Assembly (NCBI GenBank): GCA_024704765.1
Contig: JAKMXF010000047.1
Location: forward strand, 19,163 to 67,219
Length of the DNA stretch: 48,057 nt
DNA from: Oopsacas minuta
Lineage: Eukaryota > Animalia > Porifera
Direction of reading: 5' to 3'
Of this stretch, positions 1 through 11,710 are shown one piece after another; position 1 is the first letter of the stretch, and each line of letters begins with the position of its first letter. The notes beneath the pieces are model-generated. The model ran no database searches. It was not told the DNA's origin and saw only the letters and a list, made by a program, of their open reading frames with translations. The position numbers were made by a program, and so were the translations under genes.

Positions 1-1114
1 CCATCTTACCAAAAACTGTGGTTTTGCCTATGTTCTTAGTTCTTTCCTTCAAAACGACCCAATTGAACATCACTCTGGGATTTACTGAATGATGAGCGGT
101 GCCCAGTACAATGTTACATTTTGCCAAGTTTTGCAAAGTGAGGGACTAATTAAGATTTCTGCAATTCTTAAGTTGTTCTCCTCTAGTACTCCGGGTGAGA
201 GACCAATCTCATTAAAATAATTTTTAAAGTCATTTTCAACCTCAGAAGAATCTAGCGATGACAATATAGTCGATTTGGACCCCTATAACAGAGTGTTCAA
301 TGAAGATGAGACACCAATCATACTCGATACTTCTCTCATTCAATCTTTAGCCTTTATTGCCGGTGATTGTGTTCATTCCATCTTCAAAAGTGCTTTCTAT
401 TCTAAGCGAGGTATTACTCACTCTTCTGGCGTAAGAGATACGGAAGAAGTGAGCAATATTTGCTCTCAGTCTTTGCTCTCAGTCTTTGCTCTCAGTCTTT
501 GTCAAGTCTTGTTGAAGTAGATACTCTCGAATTAGATATAACTGATCCCGTCCATGGTTTAATATGTTCGATTGACAGAGGAGGCCTTAAGTGGCCTTCA
601 GCTCCAGTACTTGAAGCAGTTGTAATTTTCTGGAAGGTCTACTCCAGGATCAAAATGGATTCTAGTCTCTTAAATCTCTTTATAACAAGTCCATCTCGGA
701 AGATCTGAGTTTTGGAGAAACAAATGCCCTATTTTTGACACAATAGGATGGAATATCTTAAAGAGGATTATTTTTTCAGCAACCAACTGTATCCTAGCTA
801 CTAAGTGAAGAACATGAATTCGTTGAAAAGGACATTAACTGAAAGCTTGCATAACTCTCGTAAATACACCAAATTCAAATCAAAATAATTAGTAATTTTG
901 TTGTTGGCAGTCTCTTTGTTGTCCTAGCATTGCTTATTTCTTTATTTATACAATTTTTGTTGTCTTAGTGTAAAATATGATTACCTTCTATCTACCATTT
1001 GGTCGAATATTGTCAAAAACAATGGTATTAATCTCAACATACCATATTCAATTTATGCACTTTAAGTAATCCATGGTCCAATGAACAATCAGGCCTTATA
1101 TTACGTAGGTCACA
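1..1114 (+). mobile_element. 3' half of a P-element/THAP9-family DNA transposon (degenerate transposase plus right end)
   Basis: Frame 2 from nt 2 reads ...YVLSSFLQNDPIEHHSGIY*MMSGAQYNVTFCQVL, the P-type QDPLE catalytic-E motif. The 460-708 ORF contains IDRGGLKWPS, a P C-terminal motif. Terminal repeats at 1055-1075 and 1090-1113 are inverted relative to 11760-11780 and 11712-11735. Confidence 0.8.
459..501 (+). repeat. Tandem 13-mer TTTGCTCTCAGTC x3.3 inside the P transposase relic
   Basis: Three exact copies at 459-471, 472-484 and 485-497. The two extra copies (26 nt) account for the frame change between ORFs 275-520 and 460-708. Confidence 0.9.
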
Positions 1115-1787
1115 GGTTAGGCAAAAATGAATGATTTCAGTATTTAGTTAGGTTGCTATTCATGAATATTGTTATTCGGTTCGATCGGTTTCGACCTTGC
1201 TTGTTATCATTTTATGCCAAGATTTAATGGAATATCTTGTTGCTATATAACTATTTAGTCTTTCCACAATCAAGATTACAATATATTGAGGTAGTAAGTT
1301 ATGTTATATGTAGAATGCTAATCGTAAAATTTATATTCACTACATTCATTGTGATGCAAATTATAGAAAATATCTTAAAACTCATATAAAACGGACTTAC
1401 AAGGGAAACGAAATTAATTCATATTAAACGAGTATGCGTCTCATCCGAATGGATATTGTATTAAAATTGAATGATAACAATTTCTGGGATTTTTTGATAG
1501 TACTGCATACTGCCTAACCTAGTGTACGTCTTCTCCCAGTTCTACTGTGGTTATAAAAATGTGGAATTTTCTATCATAATGCTGATATTTCTATTGAAAA
1601 CCGAGAATATCCGCTGGAATGAATCGCGAACAACAGAACAAGACAATATATCACCCGCGAGTAGTCAAAATCGCGGACGGCGAGGCCTGCAAGTACTAAT
1701 TGTTGATTGATAATTTAGTTTCATTTTATAAGTATATTATATATTCTCTTTAATAATTAGAGAACTATGAGAAGGTACTTATAAATA

Positions 1788-1815
1788 CAGGGGTTGTTCA
1801 ATAAATACTGAGACT
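1788..1815 (+). mobile_element. Solo mariner-like left terminal repeat
   Basis: TA|CAGGGGTTGTTCAATAAATACTGAGAC resembles the TIR of the mariner at 41724 (CAGGGGCATTCAATATATACTAATCAC). No matching right end was found. Confidence 0.55.
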
Positions 1816-1864
1816 TTTTTTCATAATTCATATAGTAGACCTATATTTATCATAATTGATTATA

Positions 1865-3004
1865 CACAGGCCTACAAAAAAATGTTATATTGCAGTTGTT
1901 TATATTTTGATCACTGATTTTGACTAATTTAGGTGCGCTGATTCTGAATATCTATTCAGTTTTTTCTTATCACGTCGGGTTTTTTCACAACTATATAGCT
2001 ACATTTTCAGAAAAATCTCGATTTTTGCCAAAAATTCACCATAATTACATATTACAACAATAACATTTTGTACATAGTATATATAGTCAAATAGTCTTAT
2101 TTGCTTATTGGTTTTTATCTAGTCTGTTATTCTTTTTTGTTGATATGTCGAAAAGAAAGTGTTTCAATTTTCCAGACATTTTGTTATATTTGTGGTATCT
2201 ATACTCTGAAACCTCAGATGCAGAATATTACTGAATTTGTGAATAGAGCTTACCATGCGAATTTCAATGTTAAGCTGGGCGACCAGGACAAAAGTTGGGC
2301 ACCTCATAAGGTCTGTAAATCTTGTGTAGAATTATTGAGGTCTTGGAGTAAGGGTAAAGAGAAATACCTCCCTTTCGGAATTCCTACGATTTGGAGAGAA
2401 TCAAAAATCATTTCGATGATTGTTATTTCTGCATGGTAAATGTTATGGGCTGCAAAAAGAGTGACAGACATCTGCTTAATTACCCAAATTTAGAATCTGC
2501 TATTCGACCAGTCCCTCATTGTAGTGATCTACCTGTACCAATATTCACAGAGTTTCTCGGACTCTCTGATGATGAAGATGGTGCCAGTTCGGAAGAAGTC
2601 AATGATCATGACTGTGAATATGATGTTGATTTTCAAAGTCCTCCTCGGAGCCTTGACCGCTCGAAAGAATCTTCTGAGTTGCCTGCATCTAGATTGAAAG
2701 AAAAGAATCTACTCCATCAAGGAACAAAGGTAACATTATATCGTTACAGGGAGCAAGATTTTCAACAGTATTTCTGCGAAAAGAATGGCTTGATGTTTTG
2801 TCCAAATGTTGAGGGTCTTCTACTGGCAATGGGAGTTCTGAACTACAATCCAAGTGACTGGAGGCTGTTTATTGACAGCTCCAAAAGGAGTCTGAAATGT
2901 ATACTACTCCATAATGGAAATATATTCGGTTCAATTCCTATAGGATATTCAGTTAAACTCAAAGAGGAGTACAATAATGTGAAAGAGATATTAGAGATTA
3001 TTAA
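1865..3004 (+). mobile_element. Chapaev (Chapaev3-like, CMC superfamily) transposon relic, 5' part, cut by an assembly gap
   Basis: FCYICG...KLGDQDKSWAPHKVCKSC (ORF 2101-2439), DDCYFC and WRLFIDSSKRSLKCILLHNGN (ORF 2391-3020), with frameshifts. A CAC-initiated end, CACAGGCCTACA, lies at 1865. The relic ends at the N at 3005. Confidence 0.75.
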
Positions 3005-3005
3005 N
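3005..3005. other. Single N: probable contig join or gap
   Basis: n in the sequence; Chapaev homology stops abruptly here. Confidence 0.8.
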
Positions 3006-3159
3006 GAAATGTGCGAATGATGCGCACCACCTTTGCTATGTCTCCAATAGAATTCACCATTACCCGGACCATAGTGCACAACCATAAACAAATACCTAGC
3101 CACGCCACTGCAGACAATCCCAAAATTTGGTCAGAGAAGCGACTTTTTGTAATTAGATG

Positions 3160-3307
3160 TCCCCTTATCCAAGATAAGGTGGACAGTTTGCAATTGCTAG
3201 CGATCAAGTCAATTTCCGGTTACCTCAAAATGTGACAGATAAAGGGACTTATTTTGAAATTTGATCTCCCTTTATCCAAGATAAAGGAACACCATATGCT
3301 TATACTG
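3160..3307. mobile_element. Right part of a pogo/Tigger-type MITE with internal hairpin repeats
   Basis: Hairpins CCTTATC-CAA-GATAAGG (3163-3179) and CCTTTATC-CAA-GATAAAGG (3269-3287). The segment ends ...TACTG|TA. Confidence 0.45.
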
Positions 3308-3311
3308 TATA

Positions 3312-3930
3312 TATATATGTCTGTATGTTCGGAACTGATTGAATATACTGGAACACACTCAGGGCTAATTGTTTGCATCCAATGGTTTTTGGCCCTGACT
3401 CAGACAAGTTCAAGTTTTGAATAAAAATGAACACCTATGACGTCATCATTACCTTTATTTTCGAAATATTACAATATTAGCCACTCCTCAGCCAATATTA
3501 ATGACAGAAGTTTGAAATTTGAATGAAATTATCCTTAAATGCCACACGTTCTGACGTCATCACTTTGAACAATTCCAAACTCATCAGGATTATTATGTAA
3601 TCATATCTGCATACATTAAAATCATAATTCCAGAATTTCGTTGCTTTTAAAATTCATAATACTCGAGAGACAAAGTACACGGATTACAAACCAAAAGCCA
3701 GCTAGCAGCTCCTTTATACTACAGAAAGCCATTAAATGGAATTTGGATGGATTATGAATAATTTAGTTACAATTTAATCAAAGATTTTACCTCGAGCTCG
3801 AGGCACGGGTTGCTGAGTATACCCGGTCGCGTAGATCCCAAGAAGCATCAAAAACTTTAGCTGCTATTTCTTAAGCTAACCTGAGACACTAACCAGTACC
3901 TAGTAAGCGAATTGCACCTGGAATAATTAA
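3312..3930 (+). repeat. Non-autonomous interspersed repeat, Helitron/Helentron-like, copy 1
   Basis: Collinear with 32480-33090. Shared blocks: GACAAGTTCAAGT (3403 and 32572), TGACGTCAT, CCATTNAATGGAATTT, CGAGGCACG, CTTAAGCTAAC, CCTAGYAAGCGAA. It starts with a TGTA/TCTG microsatellite. The Helentron class is an inference. Confidence 0.6.
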
Positions 3931-4941
3931 ATTAATTGAGATCCATTATTTCATGCTCATAAAATATTCTATATTGTTAAACGTCATTATAATTTACCAA
4001 TTGTATTTGAGACTCTATCAAGGCTGATTCATATTTTCCTAGCAGATGGAGAATATTTTCAAATTGAGCAAGGGAACAGCAAATACTCTCAATTTCACAT
4101 CCATTGGTAAAACCAACTTAATTAGGCATTTTTCACACATTAGGGCTATTTTAGAGCCAAATTCGATGTTATTCAAGTCATAATTTTCAAAATATACTGA
4201 CCTCGCCATATTTACGCACATTTATTCATCAAAAAACATGGAAACCACTGGAATAGATAGAGAAATATCAGGGCTCTCCTCTGAACCATAGTACGAGCTT
4301 CAAAACTGACGAGTTACCTTCCCAAGTAGTTATTTTGTAAGGATTTTCAGTCTCCCTCTCCTTGAAACTACGTAACTTAGCTTATAAATGTGTGTACATT
4401 GACCGAGGTCGGTATTTTCTTTGACAATTCTGACTTGAATAATTCAAATTAGTTTCTATAGATAGACTTAAAATGTGTGAAAATGCGTAATTAAGCCAGT
4501 TTAGTGATTCATGTGGAAATCGAGAGTATTTCCGTGCCTTAAGTCCATTTTCCGGTTGAAATAATTAACAGTACAACAATAAGTTCCCCTTATACCGTCA
4601 CCAATAATAGCAAAAGAGAAACGTCTAACCTTTGATGCAGCCATTCCCAGTCTTGTAACTCCAAATTGACGGGTTATTCACGTTTGGATAATATTTTATG
4701 GAAATATTGAGTTTTGTCGAGTTTTAAACGTGAATTACTCAATTTGGATAATCCAGGGCTGGGAATACTGCTTCGGTGGTTTAGTCCATTCTCTTCCGCG
4801 CTGATAGGTTAAAAAGGCCAATGAAGCTTTGGGGAAATAGAAACTGTAGTCTAAAATATTCATACAAAATTTTCCCAAATGTGCTTTCTTCCTTTGTCTT
4901 GTACACAAATTTTTCTTTGTAAACAAGTGTCGTACTTCCGA

Positions 4942-5046
4942 TACGATTCAAAATGTGAAGAGTGGAAGCATTTGGAGTGTAAAAATTTCGTATGTAATTC
5001 AGAACCTCCGATTCATTTCAGTTGCAAATCATGTACACATCAGTAG
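4942..5046 (+). pseudogene. PHD-finger-like coding fragment
   Basis: Translates YDSKCEEWKHLECKNFVCNSEPPIHFSCKSCTHQ*, matching the C-terminal PHD pattern CxxWxHxxC...FxCxxC. Confidence 0.45.
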
Positions 5047-5051
5047 AAAAT

Positions 5052-6136
5052 TTATAGGAGTGCGATATTTGTGTACTAAGACAAATGTGTACTAAGATTT
5101 GTGTACAGATTTTCTGTGTAAATATTTAGCAATCAGTCTAGGGTTACAGTTCCCTTTAACTCGGCTAACTGCACACCAGAGGATCTTTTATTTGATATAA
5201 TAATAGATTTTCTCTTTGTGTACTCATATACAGTCAACTTCAGTTATCTCGAACCATCAGAGGGAATAAAATTCTGTTCAAGAAAACGAATGTTCGGGTT
5301 ATTGGGCACTCGAGATAGCGGATGTTAACTGTAGTATAAGTAATTTCTTTCTTTTAGTAAAATATATACTTGTATTTTTAAAGAAAATTCAAGAAAGATT
5401 CAAGTTTTAATTGAACCCTAAGTTCAAATTATGAAGATTCCAGATCCAATCCAATTAACAGGAATGTTCATATTCATTTTTACAATTGATTTAATTCATT
5501 ATACGGGTATGTCTAAAGGATGATGATCGTTCCGATCGATGAACACCAATAAGTATTGAAATACCCTATACAACAACTAAAGGTCGCTATTCAAAGAATC
5601 CTAAAACTGACCTCTCCTATTGAACATGGATCTATGGTGTTCAGCTTTCGGAACGATCATCGCCCGTTAGACAAACCCTTTTAATTAATTGAATAAATTA
5701 TAAAAATGAATTTGAACTTTCCTGGCAACTTGAGTAGATCTGGTAGCTTCTAAATTTGGACTTAGGGTTCAATTCAAACTTGAGTCTTTCTTGAATTTTC
5801 TCTTGGAAATATAAGCCTATTTTGCTAAAACAAAGGAAAAAATTATACTAGATACAACATTCACTATCTCAAATGCCCGTTAACTCGAACAGAATTTGAT
5901 TTCCTCTGGGGGTTCGATGTTGACTGTATATGTGTACAAGAAGAGAAATTCTATTTATTATTGCAAATCAAAAATTCTACTGGTGTGCAGTTCGCAGAGT
6001 TAAAGGGAGCTGTAACCTTAGACTAATTTCTAAGTATTTTCACATAAAATCTGTACACATTTGTCTTTGTACACAAATGTGACACTTGTCTTGTACACAA
6101 ATGCCCCTGTACACAAGTGTCTCCCTCCGATCCTAT
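5052..6136. mobile_element. Foldback/palindromic element with ~490-bp imperfect arms
   Basis: 5101-5160 is the near reverse complement of 5999-6058. Homology runs from ~5065-5555 to ~5632-6085 around a ~75-bp spacer. Subterminal TTGTGTAC motifs are present. Confidence 0.85.
5232..5330. mobile_element. Small TA-flanked pogo/Tigger-type MITE nested in the foldback left arm
   Basis: TA|CAGTCAACTTCAGTTATCTCGA ... TCGAGATAGCGGATGTTAACTG|TA. A mirrored, decayed copy lies at ~5850-5927. Confidence 0.65.
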
Positions 6137-6149
6137 CACTCTAATTTAT

Positions 6150-6960
6150 AGTTCGTAGCAGCATGTTGGTGTTTCTATCTCCATTTTGTTCAAGATTCTA
6201 TTTTTATTCCTTTTTGTAAATGGAAACTTGTGAATTTCCCAAGAGTATGCAGTTCTCGATCTGTTCTTGGTGTTTTTTTTTAACTATCAAAGTGTATTTG
6301 ACGCACATCATCTGACTGACGTATGGTCCGCGAAGGCATTTCTGACTTTGAGAATATCAACATTGAATTGATGGCCAGTAGAGAGAAAGACCTAAGTTTT
6401 TTGTTCTTCAAATTGGACATTTAAGTAGGATGAATATAATATCCATTGAATCAACTTTACCATCTTTAGTTACTGATGTAACACAATGGCTTATACCAAT
6501 ATGAAGTAGTTGAACATCTACTTCCCTGTTGAGCGATCTCATTAACTGAGTTATACCTTGTAATATAGAGTAGTTGAAATGAAATTCATACTAAATTGAT
6601 TTTTTTGGCATCCTTTGGATATCCAAGATATCGTTCCAACCAACACATTCTCTTTACGGTGCTAGAGTTTTGATCGTGTTCTGCTAAACCTAATTATTTG
6701 AGCCACATTTGTTCAATCGGGGTTTTTCTTTTCAGACTAAAATCTCTTTCTGATTTAAGGTATCCGGGTTGATTTTGAGAAAATTTGAAAGATGTAGAGT
6801 TCTGAGAATGATAATTTGAGATATACATGGGTTTCTGTAATGAATGTCTTTCTTTTTCTTTGGTTTCCAAATCTCAACACCTTCTTTATGCTCTTGATTC
6901 CTCTCCCGCCCTTTTTTGAGCTTTGGTCAATATTTCTTTTTTATACCAAAGGCGCTGCCA
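6150..6960 (-). pseudogene. Possible highly decayed non-LTR retrotransposon fragment (post-RT region)
   Basis: The minus frame near 6900-6950 gives KRNIDQSSKKGGRGIKSI, similar to the LYLxRKxGGRGL motif after non-LTR RT domains. The rest is riddled with stops. Confidence 0.25.
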
Positions 6961-7080
6961 TATAGGGACTGATAATATACTGCGAGCTTTGCGAACGAGA
7001 AATTTTGTTGGGAGGACGGAAGAAATTGTGTAAAATGTGGGTGAGTTGGCAATCCTGATATGTTTTTATTTATCAATTAG

Positions 7081-7501
7081 CATGGATCGACTATTTGAAT
7101 TTTCATCAATTTCTATTGATTTGGACAATTCCATTTTCAAAGCCTTGAAAAACACTGATTCTTTCTTGTCTTTATTAGAGTGCTTGTTGTTTAAATACCA
7201 AATCACCCCTCTTAATTTTGGACAATTTTCTTTAGAGTTCAAAACTCTTTTAAATCAATGTTATAATTCAAACATTGATCTAAGATTTTCACTTACACAA
7301 TGTTCGAAGAATTTGCACAATTTGGTCCAAACTGTTTCAAATGTTTTAGATGATAATCATATTTCCCAAAATATGCTAGAAAAATCAATTTGTAACGATC
7401 AAATTTCAAGCGATGTTTTAATTGACAAGTTTATCGAATTGAAGAATGAAGAGAAAAATGCTTTTGAACACTTTGCAAAATCCAAATGTGAATACTTCAA
7501 A
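7081..7501 (+). CDS. Exon-like open segment (~140 codons, helical/coiled-coil composition), unknown gene
   Basis: Lies within stop-free ORF 7037-7615. Preceded by a pyrimidine tract and AG (7079-7080), followed by the donor GTAAGC at 7502. A further donor, GTGAGT, lies at 7041. Confidence 0.3.
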
Positions 7502-7656
7502 GTAAGCTTCTCTCTATATTTGGAAATTTTTTTTTTCACATACTATTTGTTTGGTTCTCTAGTAACTACCATCTTTCCTGATATTTCATTTTCATCTCTG
7601 CGTGACCTTCGATGATTTGGGGAAGATTTGACATCAATATCGAATTTTTGGACTGA

Positions 7657-9946
7657 GATATAGTATTGTACGGTAAATATTATACTCGTAAACAGAATGG
7701 TTTCATGTAGCACAAACAGTTCTTTTATGTCAAGTAAATGAATTACTCATATGTGGAATATCATGTCTCCAAATCAAAAAGCAATATTTTTCCAAAATGT
7801 TGCAATTTCTTTGCTTAGTAAGTATTATTTGGGGAAAATGGCCTAATCTTTGGTGAGCTGTAGGATGTTAAAATAGCGCATCTTTGATTTCAAAGTTATT
7901 GTACGAAATGATTTAGAGATGCTTTCGGAAAACATATTAAAAATTTGTCATGATGTAGTTGGCGGGTTTGTGAGTTATAGCAGTGATCATGGATGGGAGT
8001 ATTTTGTCAACATGCATTTATAGGTCGAAAACCCTCAATGAATAACGAAACTCACTATTGCCGATTTATAGTATATAGCCGATGTACCATACCCTTGTAA
8101 TACATTTTGTTATGATATATACACGGATTATTGCATAGTCGTCAATAAATCCATATTTGATTATTTTCAGGGTTGTCTTATTATGGTAGGAGATCTCATA
8201 TCAACATGTACTATTAGGTAAGGGGTACTTAAGTATATAAAGGGTGGCCAAAAAGTTCTGCCACATTGAAAAATTATTGTAACTTAACGAATTCTCATTC
8301 GATCTTGTTGACATTTTAATATACGCTTCTACAGACTATTACATATAATTTATACGACTGTCATTCAATATATCCACCCTTTTGCTTGATGACAGACTTC
8401 AGACGCTGATTGACTGCCGCTACAGCGGTATGGACAATTTCTTGAGGGATATTTCCCATTCTCGCCTCAAAGATGTCTTCAATGATTTGATATTCGCATG
8501 AGATTTCGAGCTGGTTCTTGACTCCAAAATCGACCAAAGGGTTTAGGTCTGGACTAGAGGGAGACCATTCTACCTTCGTGATAAAGTGGGGAATATTCGC
8601 ACCAAGCCACTCTTGAGTGCTTTTTGCAATGTGAGCAGGCGCATTGTCCTGTTGGAACACAAATGAATCATTTTCAAAACATGGTCTTGCCGAGTTCTTT
8701 CACTAAAGGTTCAAGAATGAGCTCCTTGTATGTTGTAGCGTTGATTTTTACACCAGATGGGAAGAAAACAAGCGGTGTCTGACCAACAGAGGAGATTCCC
8801 GCCCAAACCATCACCGAGAGTGGTTTCTGGACTCGTTTGACAAATCTGTATTTCTCAGTGATGGCAGAGGTATATGTCTACAAATTTCTATCATTCTGAC
8901 GATTTGTTACTTGCTCCACAGTAAAGAGTTTCTCGTCAGAGAAAAGTACTCGATCTAGGCCTTGGGTGGCGAATCGAGAAAGAAGTCCTTTGCTTCTTGA
9001 CAGTCTCTTCATTTTACTTGATCAGTAATGAAGTGAACTTTTCTCGCTTAAAAGAAGATAACTCTAAGTCTCTTCTTACAATATTTTGAAGCGATCCATG
9101 AGATATTTTAGTTCTTTAGCAATTTTCTTACTGATCGCTGAGGATTCCGCCATATCGGACTCCTGACTATCCTTCTCATCCGTACAGTCGTAACTGACAT
9201 TGGGCGACCACTCTTGGGGTTTGTCTATAATGCTACCGGTCTCGTTGAATCGTTTTGTAGTACGAAATATCAACTTTCGCCTTGTTTCTGGAAAATTTAG
9301 TATTCTCATGATTTCCTTTTGATTTTTCTCATTTTTGAATAATTAAATTATTGCTGATCGTTTCCTTTCCATTGCCACTTAATTTGTTGCTATGTACTAA
9401 ATGGTCTACTATTCTGGTGAATTTCGATCCTAAGGCTTTAATCAATTAATTGAATACGAAAGCTACCTATTTATCATGGTTGCATAATTTATATTACTAT
9501 ATGAAGTTTGGGGTAGAAGTTATTTGCCACCCCGTACAATAAATCGGCAGTATTGGGTTTTGTTATATTATTGAGAGTTTTCGGCTTATACATGGATACT
9601 GACAAATTATTTGCATCCATGGCCACCGCTGTACCTCACAAACCTGCCAACTTCATCATGACAAATTTTTAATATGTTTACAAAAGCATCTTTAAATCAT
9701 TTCGTACATTATCTTTGAAATCAATGATGCGATATTAAACGTTCTACATTTTACCAAAGATTGGGACATTTTCTCCAAAGAATGCTTACTCAGCAAAAAT
9801 TACCACATTTTGAAAATTTTTGCTTTTTTTGAAATTATATTCTACATATCAGCAATGTATTTCTTTGCCATAAAAGTATTGTTCGTGCGATCTGAAACTA
9901 TTCTGTATGTCAAGTAACATACTATTTAACATACAATACTATATCC
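7657..9946. mobile_element. Second foldback element with ~410-bp arms; a maT element is inserted in its loop
   Basis: ~7657-8068 is the imperfect reverse complement of ~9541-9946. Examples: CATCATGACAAATTTTTAATATGTTT vs AAACATATTAAAAATTTGTCATGATG; outermost GATATAGTATTG / CAATACTATATC. Confidence 0.8.
8240..9534 (-). mobile_element. Tc1/mariner maT (DD37D) element, degenerate, copy 1
   Basis: TA-flanked TIRs (AAGGGTGGCCAAAAAGTTCTG / AGAAGTTATTTGCCACCCCG). The minus ORF reads FQQDNAPAH...WSPSSPDLNPL with 37 residues to the third D. The N-terminal RTTKRFNETGSIIDKP matches copy 2. Confidence 0.85.
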
Positions 9947-11710
9947 CTAGTATATCTGATGCTAGGCCTTATGTAGAGAAGATCTGGGTCTAGGAAAGTT
10001 TTTCATATTTTTTGTCTAAGAAGTTGGAATATTTTTGTGGGGAAATTGGTCAAAAGTAACTTAGGGTTTCAGACTAGAGTTAGTTAGCCCATATAGCAAA
10101 TTCTACTTTATTTTCACATTGCCGAAACGGGCACTTTTCCCCCGAATATATGTATTACATATTTGTAAAGCAACAAATTATCGACCATGGTGCTACTCAA
10201 AACATTTTCGAGAATAGCGATTAGCTGCATGCCCTCTGATCCGAGGGCTGCTTAGACAAAACACTGCCCTATTCATACCTCTCTTAAACCTTCGAAAACA
10301 TTGAACATATGGGTGAAAACGACACTATTCGGTTAACCGAATAGTAGTATTTTTTCTTAACAGTTAAACGGGTATAGTGCTTATTAACTGATAAACCGGC
10401 TAACCGAATCCAGCCCTGAACCTTATATGCTATTGATTCAGGAATGTGGGAAAATATGTCTAGTAAGCTTTTGTTTCTTAAAATACGCCATTCTTTGAAG
10501 TCCTATAGGTCGTTCAATATTATACCTTTCATTTCAAAGTGATTTTATCTAATGATCCATTTCTATTTTACAAAATATCGAAATTTTATGATGCAAAGTT
10601 CAACATGTTCTTTTGTTCCAATAGACACCAAGGATGACACATTTATGATAAACCTTTTAACTCAATACTTGTGAAAGTTTTTCTTGAGTCACTTTGGACA
10701 CTTTATTGTGGTACCTGATTGCCATAAGCCCTAACTTATCAGTACCCATTTGCTGGTCATTATCCTATTTTGACGGCTTTTTTACAAAATATAGACAAGT
10801 AATGGAAACATTTTCTATGATAATATGACCCTAACATACATCATGGCCAATTAACAGTATTTTCAAAGAACAATTCAAATTTTTTAAGTTTATTTATTCA
10901 CTACGAATTCTGACCAAATTAGCATTTGGCTACTCACTTCAAGTGCATGGAAAGCTATACTTATACTGTTTACTGTAGAACTCAGATAAGTCGTACTGTT
11001 TCTTATATTCCCAAAATTAGTTATCATTTATTTATCATATGCCAAATCAGGGTTCCTTGGATGGTTGCCAAGTATGTGATAGTTTGTTTCCTCCTCTCTT
11101 CGAAGTATATTCTCAAATCCGTCTACGTTCAATACCTTGTACTGGTCGCTAATATGACTTTGAATTCGAAATTGGAAATTTCCCATCCCTATATATGGCT
11201 CTATTATCATTTCGCATTATTAAGGAAGAATATGGTGAATTCTTTGGATATTTCTTTAAAATTGCTGAAACTTGGTTTGAAGGGTAATATCGTGCACATT
11301 TAGCTTGTGATAACCAATTGAAATGTTTCATCTCCAAATAATAATGACCTCACTAATTGACATTTTGTTCATGACCTCCTCGAGGATACATCTCAATTTT
11401 CAAATTATGATGTTACTTTTGTGACCATGGGGCTTGCTATGCAAAAATACTCAACTTATTTGAGTTGTATCTAAATCCTTCACTACAGTCTAAATAATCT
11501 CTCGTAATTTTGATTCAGATGATGTGGTTTTTGAATTTTTATCAGGTTGCCCCTTGAAAATGCAATAACCTTTTATGAAGTTTGCATCCGAATAATTCAA
11601 TATTCGGTTCAACTGAATACTATTTGGCGAATAGTTCAATATTCGGTAACCAACCGAACACTATCGGCAGTATTCTTGCTTTAACCGATCATTATCAGTA
11701 TTCGGTTAGG

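Noticed and set aside
6480-6680. Weak resemblance (TRY...GSRC) to the N-terminus of the YR protein
   Set aside because: Zinc-ligand spacing is not retained and the match needs frameshifts; likely chance.
10900-11560. ORFs on both strands (e.g. 10926-11303, and an EETNYHI myosin-like word)
   Set aside because: No coherent family motifs; short, stop-rich AT sequence.
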